This document shows positions 17,936 through 26,583 of a stretch of 64,000 bases of DNA, one piece after another (positions within the stretch are counted from its first letter, which is position 1; each line of letters starts with the position of its first letter). The stretch is taken from contig JASGHG010000001.1 in NCBI GenBank assembly GCA_047602425.1, forward strand, positions 2,560,001 through 2,624,000, written 5' to 3'. The DNA is from Nibricoccus sp. (lineage in GTDB: Bacteria > Verrucomicrobiota > Verrucomicrobiia > Opitutales > Opitutaceae). Position numbers and translations under genes: made by a program. The notes beneath the pieces were generated by a model. The model had not been told where the DNA came from and ran no database searches. It was given only the letters and a program-made list of their open reading frames with translations.

Positions 17936-18244
17936 ATTACTAGAGGTAACTGAGTAGGAGTCCGTGGCGATGGGAAACAGACTGCAATGGGTATCGTTGA
18001 ATGTCTGCGGGCGCGTCAGCCAGCATTTTGTTTGCGCATGAACGGCTTCCGCCCTCAAGAGCAAGAGTTAGGGTCGGTGCGAAGAGCCGACCGTTTTGTC
18101 TGCCCGCGTCGGATCAAATTTCGGCTCCTGTGCATCCATTGGGAAAAGTCTGCGGGCTTGTTCCCAGAAATTCTTAGTCTCAGCCGCCCGGTTGTGCTCA
18201 GGAAACGGCGGTCGGATATCGAACTCTCAGCTCGCGGCGCGCCG

Positions 18245-20665
18245 TCACTCCGCCCGTAACGCCTCTGCCGGGTTCACCCGCAACGCTTGCAACACCGGCA
18301 CCAGCGTCGCTGCGAGCACGCCGACCGTGAGCAAAGCCACCGCGCTCAACAGCGCCACCGGGTCCACTCCGTCCACGCCGTACAACTGGCTTCGCATCAG
18401 CCCCGCTAACTCCCACGCCGCCCACCCACCGAGCGCCGCGCCAATCACCGCCAGAACGCCGACTCGACCGAGGACGAGGCGGACTACGTGCGCCCTTGAC
18501 GCACCGATCGCGAAACGAATGCCAAATTCCCGCGTGCGTTGCGCGGTTGCGTAACCCGTCACGCCAAAGACGCCCACCGCGGCGAGAATCACCGCCAGCA
18601 CTGAAAACGCGCTGACCAGGCTCGCGAGGAATCGCGGCAATGCGAGCGCCGAGCCCACGCGGTGTTCCATCGTATCCACGAAGTACATCGGCACCGTCGC
18701 GTCGACCGCTGCCAGCTGTGCGCGCACCGCCCGGGTGAGCGACGCTGCCGGCAGCGTCGTCTTCACGACCGTGTACATGCCGCGTTGGTAGTACTGCGCA
18801 TGCGGCACGTAAGCCTCTCCCTGCGGCGGGCGGCCCGGGCCCCAGTGCTTCATCCGGTGAATCACTCCCACGATCGTGCGCACGTGCGCATCGTTTCCGT
18901 TGCTAAACTTCACGGCCTGCCCAACCGCGTTCGCGGAGCTGCCCCAGTAGCGCTCGGCAAACAGATCGTCGACGATCGCGACCGGCTGCGACTTGGCCGT
19001 GTCTTCCGACCCGAAATCCCGGCCGTGCAGCAGCCGTGCCCCGATGGTCGCGAAATACGGCCCCCGAACCACGCGCCAGGGGGACGACGCCGGTGCATTT
19101 GCCGCGATGGGAACGGTCGGTGTGAGCGGCGCCACCGCGCGGTATTGTGACTCCCCGCTCAAGGGCAGGTACGACACCGCCGCGACGGCCGTCACGCCGG
19201 GCAACGCTGTGAGCCTAGATCCGAGTTGCTCATAAAACGCATTCGCGCGGGCCATGTTCGGGTACGCGTCGTTCGTGAGGTTGGTCTTGAACGTGAAAAG
19301 TTGCGGCGCGCGAAAACCGACATCGTCGCGCAACAGATTCTGCAGGCTGCGCAAGGCGAGTCCGCCCCCGATCAGCAGAAGGACCGCAAGCGCGATTTCC
19401 ACCACGAGCAAGGCTTCACGCGCCCGCGTCGCCGCGCGCCCCTCGGTCACGCGCGCCGTGGCATGCAAGCCGCCCATCGCCTTGGCCGACAACAACGGCA
19501 ACGCCGGCGCGAGTCCCACCACAACCGTCACGAGGCCAAGGACGCCCATCATGAACACGGCCGTCGGCACGTTCAGCGTCACCTCGGCCAGCCGCGGAAT
19601 TTCCGCGGGCGGAAACGCCTTCAGCAGATGGATCGCCCCCACCGCGAGCGCCAATCCGCCGACCCCGCCCGCAATGCAGAGCAGCAGGCTCTCGGCGAGC
19701 AGCTGACGCACGATGTGCCAGCGTCCCGCGCCCAGTGACAACCGGATTGCCATCTCGCGCCGTCGCACCGCCGCGCGGAGCAGACTCATGATGGCGACGT
19801 TGACCGTCCCGATCAGCAGCACCGCGCTCGCGGCCGCGAGCAACGCGCCGAGCGGAGCCCGAAATTTTCCGAACTGCGTTTCCTTGACCGGCAAGACGCG
19901 CAGCGACCAATCGGGCGCCGCGGGGAAAACGTCGGGCGAAGCCGCCCGCAACTCGCGCGCAATCCGGTCCATGTCCGCCTGCGCCTGCGCGAGCGTCACA
20001 CCTGCTTTGAGCCGCGCCGTCGTCGGCAGATAATGTTCCAGCCGATCCGACGCGCCCTTGCTCGACAGATCCACCGGCTGCCAGAAAGCGATCGCCGGAT
20101 CCTCGAACACGAACCCCGCCGGCATCACGCCAACAACCGTGTGTGGCTTCCCGTCGATCCGCAGCGTGCGACCCAGCACGTCGGCCGCGCCGCCGAACTG
20201 CGCCTGCCAAAACGCATGACTGATCACCAGCACGCGGTCACGCCCGGCGGTCTCTTCGGTTTCCTCGAAGCCGCGGCCCAGCGTCGGCTGCACGCCGAGC
20301 AGTGGGAAAAGATTCGCCGTCACCACCGCGCAGAGCACGCGCTCCGCGCCATCGTCGCTGCCCAAGGTGACGCGTCCGATCGCATGCGAGCCGATCCCAT
20401 CGAAACTGTGTTGACGTGCCCGGTACTCGGCCAACTCGTAGCGCGACACCCGGCCGAGGTTCCCGCCGAGTCGTTCGCCGACGTTCTGGATTTCGACGAG
20501 CTGGTGCGATTGCGGAAACGGGAGCGGCTTCAGCGCGACCCCGTAGAGCGCGCTGAAAAACGTGGTATTCGCTCCGATGCCCAGCGCCAGCGTGAGGATG
20601 GCGACCGCCGCGAAGCGGGGCGATTTTCGAAACGACCGAAAGGCGAGACAGAGATCGGAGAACAT
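18245..20665 (-). CDS. Duplicated-type MacB/FtsX ABC permease (ADOP-like)
   Basis: ILTLALGIGANT, RREMAIRLSLGA, QRTREFGIRFAIGA and NPAEALRAE; two MacB_PCD-FtsX modules. Confidence 0.92.
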   Translation of the reverse strand: MFSDLCLAFRSFRKSPRFAAVAILTLALGIGANTTFFSALYGVALKPLPFPQSHQLVEIQNVGERLGGNLGRVSRYELAEYRARQHSFDGIGSHAIGRVTLGSDDGAERVLCAVVTANLFPLLGVQPTLGRGFEETEETAGRDRVLVISHAFWQAQFGGAADVLGRTLRIDGKPHTVVGVMPAGFVFEDPAIAFWQPVDLSSKGASDRLEHYLPTTARLKAGVTLAQAQADMDRIARELRAASPDVFPAAPDWSLRVLPVKETQFGKFRAPLGALLAAASAVLLIGTVNVAIMSLLRAAVRRREMAIRLSLGAGRWHIVRQLLAESLLLCIAGGVGGLALAVGAIHLLKAFPPAEIPRLAEVTLNVPTAVFMMGVLGLVTVVVGLAPALPLLSAKAMGGLHATARVTEGRAATRAREALLVVEIALAVLLLIGGGLALRSLQNLLRDDVGFRAPQLFTFKTNLTNDAYPNMARANAFYEQLGSRLTALPGVTAVAAVSYLPLSGESQYRAVAPLTPTVPIAANAPASSPWRVVRGPYFATIGARLLHGRDFGSEDTAKSQPVAIVDDLFAERYWGSSANAVGQAVKFSNGNDAHVRTIVGVIHRMKHWGPGRPPQGEAYVPHAQYYQRGMYTVVKTTLPAASLTRAVRAQLAAVDATVPMYFVDTMEHRVGSALALPRFLASLVSAFSVLAVILAAVGVFGVTGYATAQRTREFGIRFAIGASRAHVVRLVLGRVGVLAVIGAALGGWAAWELAGLMRSQLYGVDGVDPVALLSAVALLTVGVLAATLVPVLQALRVNPAEALRAE

Positions 20666-20982
20666 GTGGGAGTGGCAATGTGGGCGGATGGGGAGCCGAA
20701 ATGAGCGAAGGATTCGCCCCCTCGGCAAGTGGGAGCGCCCCTTTGCAGCTTTGATGCCACCGACCGCTGCCGTGCACCCGCCCCAGTGAGGAAATCTTTC
20801 GCCTACCCTGCCGCGCTCCAATCGCGTCCCGCTCCCGGAACCCCGAAGTCCCAAGATCGAGACGGGAGGGTCTAGGATCGGGGGATACGGGGTCTGGAAG
20901 CCTTTGAGCTGCGACGTCCCCGTCACGTCCTGTTAGGTGAGTCTCCATCGAGCTTCGAACTGCTGTGCAGCGCCAGAAATGC

Positions 20983-21007
20983 AAAAAGCCCGCTTAATGC
21001 GGGCTTT
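20983..21007 (-). terminator. Intrinsic terminator downstream of tRNA-Glu
   Basis: On the minus strand: AAAGCCCGC-ATTAA-GCGGGCTTTTT. Confidence 0.8.
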
Positions 21008-21012
21008 ATCGC

Positions 21013-21089
21013 TGGCGTCCCCACGGGGATTCGAACCCCGGTTCTCACCGTGAAAGGGTGGTGTCCTAACCGGGCTAGACGATGGGGAC
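21013..21089 (-). tRNA. tRNA-Glu(TTC)
   Basis: Minus strand GTCCCCA...CTTTCAC...GGTTCGAATCC...TGGGGACGCCA: paired acceptor stem, T-loop, TTC anticodon and encoded CCA. Confidence 0.95.
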
Positions 21090-21221
21090 TAACCGCGGAA
21101 GGGGGTGGACGCTAGGTTTCCATTCCTTTCACGCAAGGATTATTTTCAGGTGTTTTTCGGCCCCGACATTTGAAAAAATGCCTCGCTCCTCCATCGCTTT
21201 GCGGAGAAAGAAATTACTTCC

Positions 21222-22133
21222 ATGACCTACGCCGACATCGCCGCCGAAATTCCCACCCAAGCCATCACTGCCGTCGATAACCTGCCTTTCCCAAAAATCG
21301 CGTCCGGTAAGGTGCGCGAAATCTTCGATCTCGGCGATGCGTTGCTCATTGTCGCGACGGACCGCCTTTCCGCTTTCGACGTCATTTTGCCCGACGGCAT
21401 CCCGGGCAAGGGCATCATCCTCACGCAGCTGAGCAACTGGTGGTTTTCCCAAACGACGAAGATCATCTCGAACCATTTGCTTCCCGACCAGGCGAGTCTC
21501 ATGTCGCGCAAGTACAACCTGCCGCGCGAACTGCGGCTGCGCAGCATGATCGTGCGCAAACTAAAACCGCTTCCCATCGAATGCGTCGTGCGCGGTTACC
21601 TGGTGGGCAGTGGTTGGAGTTCCTACCAAAAAAACGGCACGGTCTGCGGCATCGAGCTGCCTCCGGGCATGCGCCAGGCCGAACGCATTGCCGAACCAAT
21701 CTTCACGCCCACGACCAAGGCCCCGAAGGGCCAGCATGACGAGCCGATCAACGATGCGCAGGGCGAAGCGCTGATCGGCGAGGAGATGTACCGCCATGTT
21801 CGCGCCGTCAGTCTGAGTCTTTATAAGCTGGGTCACGACCGCACGGCCAAGGCCGGGATGATTCTGGCCGACACGAAATTCGAATTCGGCACGGATGCGG
21901 ACGGCAAACTCGTGCTGATCGACGAAATTCTCACGCCCGATTCTTCGCGCTACTGGCCGAAGGACCGTTACGCGGTCGATCAATCGCCGCCAAGCTATGA
22001 CAAGCAGTACGTGCGTGACCATCTGGTTGGCATCAAGTGGGACCAGAAGCCGCCCGCGCCGAAATTGCCGGCCGAAGTGATCCGCGTGACGCAGGAGAAA
22101 TACCTCGCGGCGCTGCGCAACCTGCTCGGTTGA
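21222..22133 (+). CDS. purC: SAICAR synthetase
   Basis: SGKVRE, TDRLSAFD, ECVVRGY, DTKFEFG, DEILTPDSSR and DKQYVR. Confidence 0.96.
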   Translation: MTYADIAAEIPTQAITAVDNLPFPKIASGKVREIFDLGDALLIVATDRLSAFDVILPDGIPGKGIILTQLSNWWFSQTTKIISNHLLPDQASLMSRKYNLPRELRLRSMIVRKLKPLPIECVVRGYLVGSGWSSYQKNGTVCGIELPPGMRQAERIAEPIFTPTTKAPKGQHDEPINDAQGEALIGEEMYRHVRAVSLSLYKLGHDRTAKAGMILADTKFEFGTDADGKLVLIDEILTPDSSRYWPKDRYAVDQSPPSYDKQYVRDHLVGIKWDQKPPAPKLPAEVIRVTQEKYLAALRNLLG

Positions 22134-22327
22134 GTCAGGTTGGCCGCAATTTAACTGAAGACGCCCGACGGAACGGAGGACATTCGTTTCCGTCGGCGAT
22201 GGCTTGGTCTCTTCTGCAAACCGGTTTGAAAAAACTCTGTGTCGACATGGGCTGGTTGTTGTCCCATGGTTCGGGGCCAGCTTTTACCCTTTTGGAGGGA
22301 CAACCTTAACCAGCTCCATCGTTTCCC

Positions 22328-23251
22328 ATGAAAATTGTTCAGCTTGCCACCCTTGTTTTAGGTTTGGTTTTTGCCAATCAGGCTCTGCGCGCGGCGGATA
22401 ATCCGCCCGCTTCGATAGCGGCGCCCGCCGCGCCGGAGCAGGCTCAGCAGCCCAAAAAGCGCGAAATCCCGGGCGTCAATCTCACGCACGGTCCCGCGGT
22501 GGTAAAATTGGGCAAGGTGGCCGAACTCACCCTGCCGGAAGGTTATTCCTTTGTCGGGCCGGACTCGTTGGACAAATTTTATGCGCTGACGCAAAACACG
22601 CGCAGCGGCAATGAAGTAGGTGTTGTTCTTTCTCCTGCGCATTGGTTGTTGTTTTTCGATTACGACGACATCGGCTACGTGAAGGACGACGAAAAAAAGG
22701 ACCTCGATGCGGCCAAGCTCTACCAGACGATCGAAGAAGGCCAAATCGCCGCGAACGAAAGCCGCAAGAAGAAGGGCTGGGACGAATTGAAGCTGCGCGG
22801 CTGGGCCACGGAGCCGCACTACGACGAGAAAACGCACAATTTGAAATGGGCTTTCAAACTTTCCTCCTCAAGCGACCAGCATCAATCGATCGGCATCAAC
22901 GAAAACATCAAGTTGCTCGGCCGCGGCGGCGTCATGAACGTGGTTCTGGTGGGCGATCTTGAAGCTTTCAAGGAGCAGGAGGCGCAGGCCGACCAATTGT
23001 TGACGGAGTTTCGTTACGTACCGGGTTCGAAGTACGCGGAATTTAGATCTGGCGACAAGATCGCCAAGATCGGTTTGACGGCGTTGGTTGTCGGCGGCGC
23101 GGGCGTCGCGGCGGCAAAGCTCGGCTTGCTGGGCAAATTGGGCGGACTGCTGGCGAAGCTGGGCAAGGGCATCGTCCTCATTGTCGCCGGCATCGGCGCA
23201 GCCATCGCGAAGCTCTGGAAGAAAATCGTCGGCCGCGACAAGGTCGAGTGA
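22328..23251 (+). CDS. DUF2167-like membrane-anchored protein
   Basis: Signal peptide, GYVKDD, GWATEPHYD, LGRGG, and GDKIAKIGLTALV followed by a TM tail. Confidence 0.82.
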   Translation: MKIVQLATLVLGLVFANQALRAADNPPASIAAPAAPEQAQQPKKREIPGVNLTHGPAVVKLGKVAELTLPEGYSFVGPDSLDKFYALTQNTRSGNEVGVVLSPAHWLLFFDYDDIGYVKDDEKKDLDAAKLYQTIEEGQIAANESRKKKGWDELKLRGWATEPHYDEKTHNLKWAFKLSSSSDQHQSIGINENIKLLGRGGVMNVVLVGDLEAFKEQEAQADQLLTEFRYVPGSKYAEFRSGDKIAKIGLTALVVGGAGVAAAKLGLLGKLGGLLAKLGKGIVLIVAGIGAAIAKLWKKIVGRDKVE

Positions 23252-23263
23252 ACCAGTTCCGCG

Positions 23264-24415
23264 ATGTCTCAATGGTGGCTGCTGATCGCCGCGTTTTGGT
23301 TCTGGTATCTAGTTGATTCCGTCAAGCCCGGGCGCCGTCTGCGCTTTGTGCTGACCCGCGCGCTCGGCCGGGGGCCCACGGCGGCGAGCCATGGGACAGT
23401 GGCGGTGACATCGGTGTCGCCCTTGGGCTGGCATGTGCGCACGGAGGATCCGCCGGTTGCGTTCTCGCCCGAGGGGTTGAGCAACGTGCCGGTGGGCTCG
23501 GCCGGCCGGCCGGCGCCGATGCCGGTCCATGCCAAAGCTTGGCGGTGGGAGGAAATTCGTCAGTTGTCCGCCAAGCGCGGCCGCATCTTCATCAACGGAG
23601 AGTATTTTTGCGCGGTCACGCCCTTTACGACGGCGAAAAGACTGCGGGACTTGATCGACGGCTGCAAGAATCGCGAACCAAAGGCACGGGCAGCTTGGCT
23701 TGAGGCGCGGATCGCGGAAGGATTCCGGGTTGCGCGGCTGAGACGGCAGCGGAACGTTCTACTGGGACGCACGGGCAGTCTGGCGATTTGGGCTGGTTTT
23801 GGCCTGGGACTGGCGCTGGTGGTTTCGGCGTACCTGCTGTTGGGCGGGGTGCTGCCCGTGAGTGAAATGCTGGCGGGAAAGATCGGGCGGGTGTTGCCCT
23901 TGCTTGGGTTGTACCTGGCGGGGCTGCACATGTGCCTTGTGATCGCCGGTTGGATTGCGCACCGGCGATTGCTGCCAAAGCACGGCGAGGCGCGCTTCAG
24001 TCTGCTTTTCAGTGCGTTATTGCTGCCCCCGCAGGCGTACCGGCTGCGTTCACGGATCGGCGCGGAGTATTTTCAGGCGGCGCACCCGCTGGCTTGGCTG
24101 GCAGCGGTGGGCAAGCAGGGGGATTTTATTTTGTACGCGCGGCAGGCACTGGCGGATCTGCGCTGGCAGCTGGCTCCGGCGCACTTGGAGACCGAGCGGC
24201 GGGAATTGTATCAAACAATCAGTTCGTGGATGCGGAAGCGAATGGAAAACGAGTTCGGCCGGCTTTTGCGGGAGCGGAAAGTGTCCGAAGGCGAACTATT
24301 GGCGCCGCCCAAGAAAGATTGTCCGGAGAGTTGCGCTTATTGTCCGCGTTGTGGAAGCCAGTTTACGGTGCCCGAGGGGCGGTGCCCGCATGGAATCGAG
24401 CTGGCCAAGTTTTAA
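23264..24415 (+). CDS. Hypothetical membrane protein with C-terminal Zn-ribbon-like motif
   Basis: Several TM segments; YCPRC...CPHG at the C-terminus; 12 nt after the previous gene. Confidence 0.7.
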   Translation: MSQWWLLIAAFWFWYLVDSVKPGRRLRFVLTRALGRGPTAASHGTVAVTSVSPLGWHVRTEDPPVAFSPEGLSNVPVGSAGRPAPMPVHAKAWRWEEIRQLSAKRGRIFINGEYFCAVTPFTTAKRLRDLIDGCKNREPKARAAWLEARIAEGFRVARLRRQRNVLLGRTGSLAIWAGFGLGLALVVSAYLLLGGVLPVSEMLAGKIGRVLPLLGLYLAGLHMCLVIAGWIAHRRLLPKHGEARFSLLFSALLLPPQAYRLRSRIGAEYFQAAHPLAWLAAVGKQGDFILYARQALADLRWQLAPAHLETERRELYQTISSWMRKRMENEFGRLLRERKVSEGELLAPPKKDCPESCAYCPRCGSQFTVPEGRCPHGIELAKF

Positions 24416-24486
24416 GGCGGCAATCCGTCCGCGGTTTTCAGGGGCGGGAGGGAATCGAAGCCGAGCCGATTACCAGAACCAAGAGT

Positions 24487-25008
24487 TCAGCTGAGGGAGA
24501 AGTTCTCGATGCGATCGGGCATCTTCAACTGCACCTTGCCGGAGCCAATGTCGAGATGGACGGTGCGGTTGACGCTGCCGCCAAGGTCGCGTCCGATGAC
24601 GGCATAACCGTTGGAACGGAGAAAAGATTCCACCGCGGCGCTATTGCGTTCCCCGATTTTGAAAGGATCGGCGCCGTTGAGCACGCTGGCTCCGCCGGCG
24701 ATGAAAATTTTCAGGCGTGAACGCTCGGCGCGCACGCCGAGGAGGGCCTTGAAAAGCAAGGGCAAGCCGGTGTCGGCGAACATGGCGGGCTGCTTCACGG
24801 CTTTGTCGGGGGAAATGGTGGAGTCGGGAAGCATCAGGTGAAGGATGCCGCCGGCTTTGGAAGTGGGGTCGAACACGATGACGCCGACACAGGAACCGAG
24901 GGCGTAAGTGCTGAGCGTCACCATGCTGTTGTTGGAGACGGCCATGTCTCCCACGCCGATGACGACACGTTGGGCGAAGAGTGCTCCGATGGTGGGTGCT
25001 CCGGCCAT
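24487..25008 (-). CDS. cheD: Chemoreceptor glutamine deamidase CheD
   Basis: TYALGSCVGV, HLMLP, FADTG, IGERN and DLGG...RT. Confidence 0.93.
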   Translation of the reverse strand: MAGAPTIGALFAQRVVIGVGDMAVSNNSMVTLSTYALGSCVGVIVFDPTSKAGGILHLMLPDSTISPDKAVKQPAMFADTGLPLLFKALLGVRAERSRLKIFIAGGASVLNGADPFKIGERNSAAVESFLRSNGYAVIGRDLGGSVNRTVHLDIGSGKVQLKMPDRIENFSLS

Positions 25009-25308
25009 GGGGTTAAAAGTGCTTTAAACCTCTGCAAATCATTGGGCAGAGTAAGATTGTTGGGAAAATTTGCATGGCCGGCAGGCGTGTGACGCGAGTC
25101 GTGAATCTATTTACGGCGCAAAGTGCCGCCAAACTTGAGGTAAGCGCGCTCAAAATCGTGCGATGGGGCAACTTGAAGCTGATTGGCGGTAAGTAGGATC
25201 TTTCGAACCACCAAAACGAGTGAGTACGGCACAACGCCTTCCAAGCGGCGGCCCGTCTATGGCCGAACTGGTTCGACCGATGCCTTAAAGAGGACGGCGG
25301 CTGCCGGC

Positions 25309-26583
25309 TTACGTATAAACCAGCAGGCGCTGACTGATGGGATCGATGAGATTGTGGTCGCGGATCTTGGTGATCATCGCGGGGCTGAGGCTTTGGCCTT
25401 CGCCAACCAACAACAGGCCATGCGGACTGTAGAGTCCATTGGCCAGGATCATGCCCGGTTTCAGTTCTTCGAGGAGGATTTCCTTCACCTGACGCGGGAG
25501 CTCAAGCAGATGGGTAACTTTTAGGAAAAGGCGGACAGCTTCGGGATCGAGGGCTTTGCCGGATTCGGCGATGACGGACTCGATGGATTGCTCCTTGGTG
25601 GCGCCGCTTTCGATGAACCAGACGGCGACGGCGAGGCAGCGTGCGGTCCACGGAATCGACATGCCGCTGAGACCGTCGGGGTAGCCCTGGCCGTCGAAAC
25701 GTTCGTGGTGGGCGCGGATGGTTTCGCCCACGGCGGGGTTGCTGTCGACAAAGGAGGCGAGGGTCTGGCTGTAAATCGGATGGCTCTGGATGGTGGTTAG
25801 CTCGCGTTCGCTGAGCCGCTCGGGGGCGGAGCGGAAATTGCGGATCAGGTCGCGGGGAACGCCGATCAAGCCGAGGTCGCAGAGCCAGGCGCTGGCGCGG
25901 AGAACGTGGCGCTCCTCGTCGGAGAAGTGCTCGGTCTCGGCCATCTTCTTCGCGATTTCCACCATGGCTTTGGTTTGGCCGCCGCGGAGCGGATCGTAGG
26001 TGGTGAGGATGCGGGTGCAAAGATCGAGCGAGTGTTCGTAGCTGGTGGCGAGCTCGCGGTTGGCCTTGTCGAGTTCGCGTTTTTGAGCTTCGAGATTTTT
26101 GACCTGCTCGTTCAGCGCGTTGTTGGCGGCGGTGAGCTGTTGGTTGAGGCGCTGGGTCTCGGCGGTGAGGTGGTCGTTCTTGACGATGAGCTCGTACCGG
26201 TTGATCGCGTTTTTGACGGTGGCGGTTAGTTCTTCACGGAGCCAGGGCTTGGCGACGAAGCGGAAGATTTCGCCCTTGTTGATGGCGTCGACGATCGTGG
26301 GCAGCGAGAGGACGGCCGTGATCAGAATACGCGAGCAAAGGGGGCGGAGTTTTTTGCTTTCGATGAGGAAATCGAGCCCGAGCATTTCGGGCATACGCTG
26401 GTCGGAAATGATGACGGCGAATTCGCGGTCGCGAAGAATTTCCAAGGCTTTCAACGCGCTGGTCGTGGCGACGACGTGGTATTTTTCGCGTTCGAGGGTT
26501 TCCTTGAGCGCAGCCAGCACGATGGGCTCATCGTCAACGATGAGCAACGAAGGCGGGGTCGTGATGGCGTTGCTGGGCGTCAT
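25309..26583 (-). CDS. Response regulator: REC, coiled coil and degenerate HD-GYP domain
   Basis: Intact REC (VDDE, SDQRMP, KPW). HHERFDGQGYP is present but the HD motif reads LCDLG. Confidence 0.88.
   Translation of the reverse strand: MTPSNAITTPPSLLIVDDEPIVLAALKETLEREKYHVVATTSALKALEILRDREFAVIISDQRMPEMLGLDFLIESKKLRPLCSRILITAVLSLPTIVDAINKGEIFRFVAKPWLREELTATVKNAINRYELIVKNDHLTAETQRLNQQLTAANNALNEQVKNLEAQKRELDKANRELATSYEHSLDLCTRILTTYDPLRGGQTKAMVEIAKKMAETEHFSDEERHVLRASAWLCDLGLIGVPRDLIRNFRSAPERLSERELTTIQSHPIYSQTLASFVDSNPAVGETIRAHHERFDGQGYPDGLSGMSIPWTARCLAVAVWFIESGATKEQSIESVIAESGKALDPEAVRLFLKVTHLLELPRQVKEILLEELKPGMILANGLYSPHGLLLVGEGQSLSPAMITKIRDHNLIDPISQRLLVYT

Noticed and set aside
16806..18611. 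The duplicated permease end as a DGR template/variable repeat pair
   Set aside because: Differences are not adenine-specific, are mostly synonymous, and no reverse transcriptase is present in the window.
20830..20925. Weak heptamer-like inverted tract and a GACGTCCCC resemblance to the tRNA 3' end
   Set aside because: Too short and degenerate to call a repeat element or att site by eye.
25118..25131. Possible sigma54 promoter upstream of cheD (minus strand TGGCGGCACTTTGC)
   Set aside because: GG-GC spacing is 9 nt instead of the required 10.
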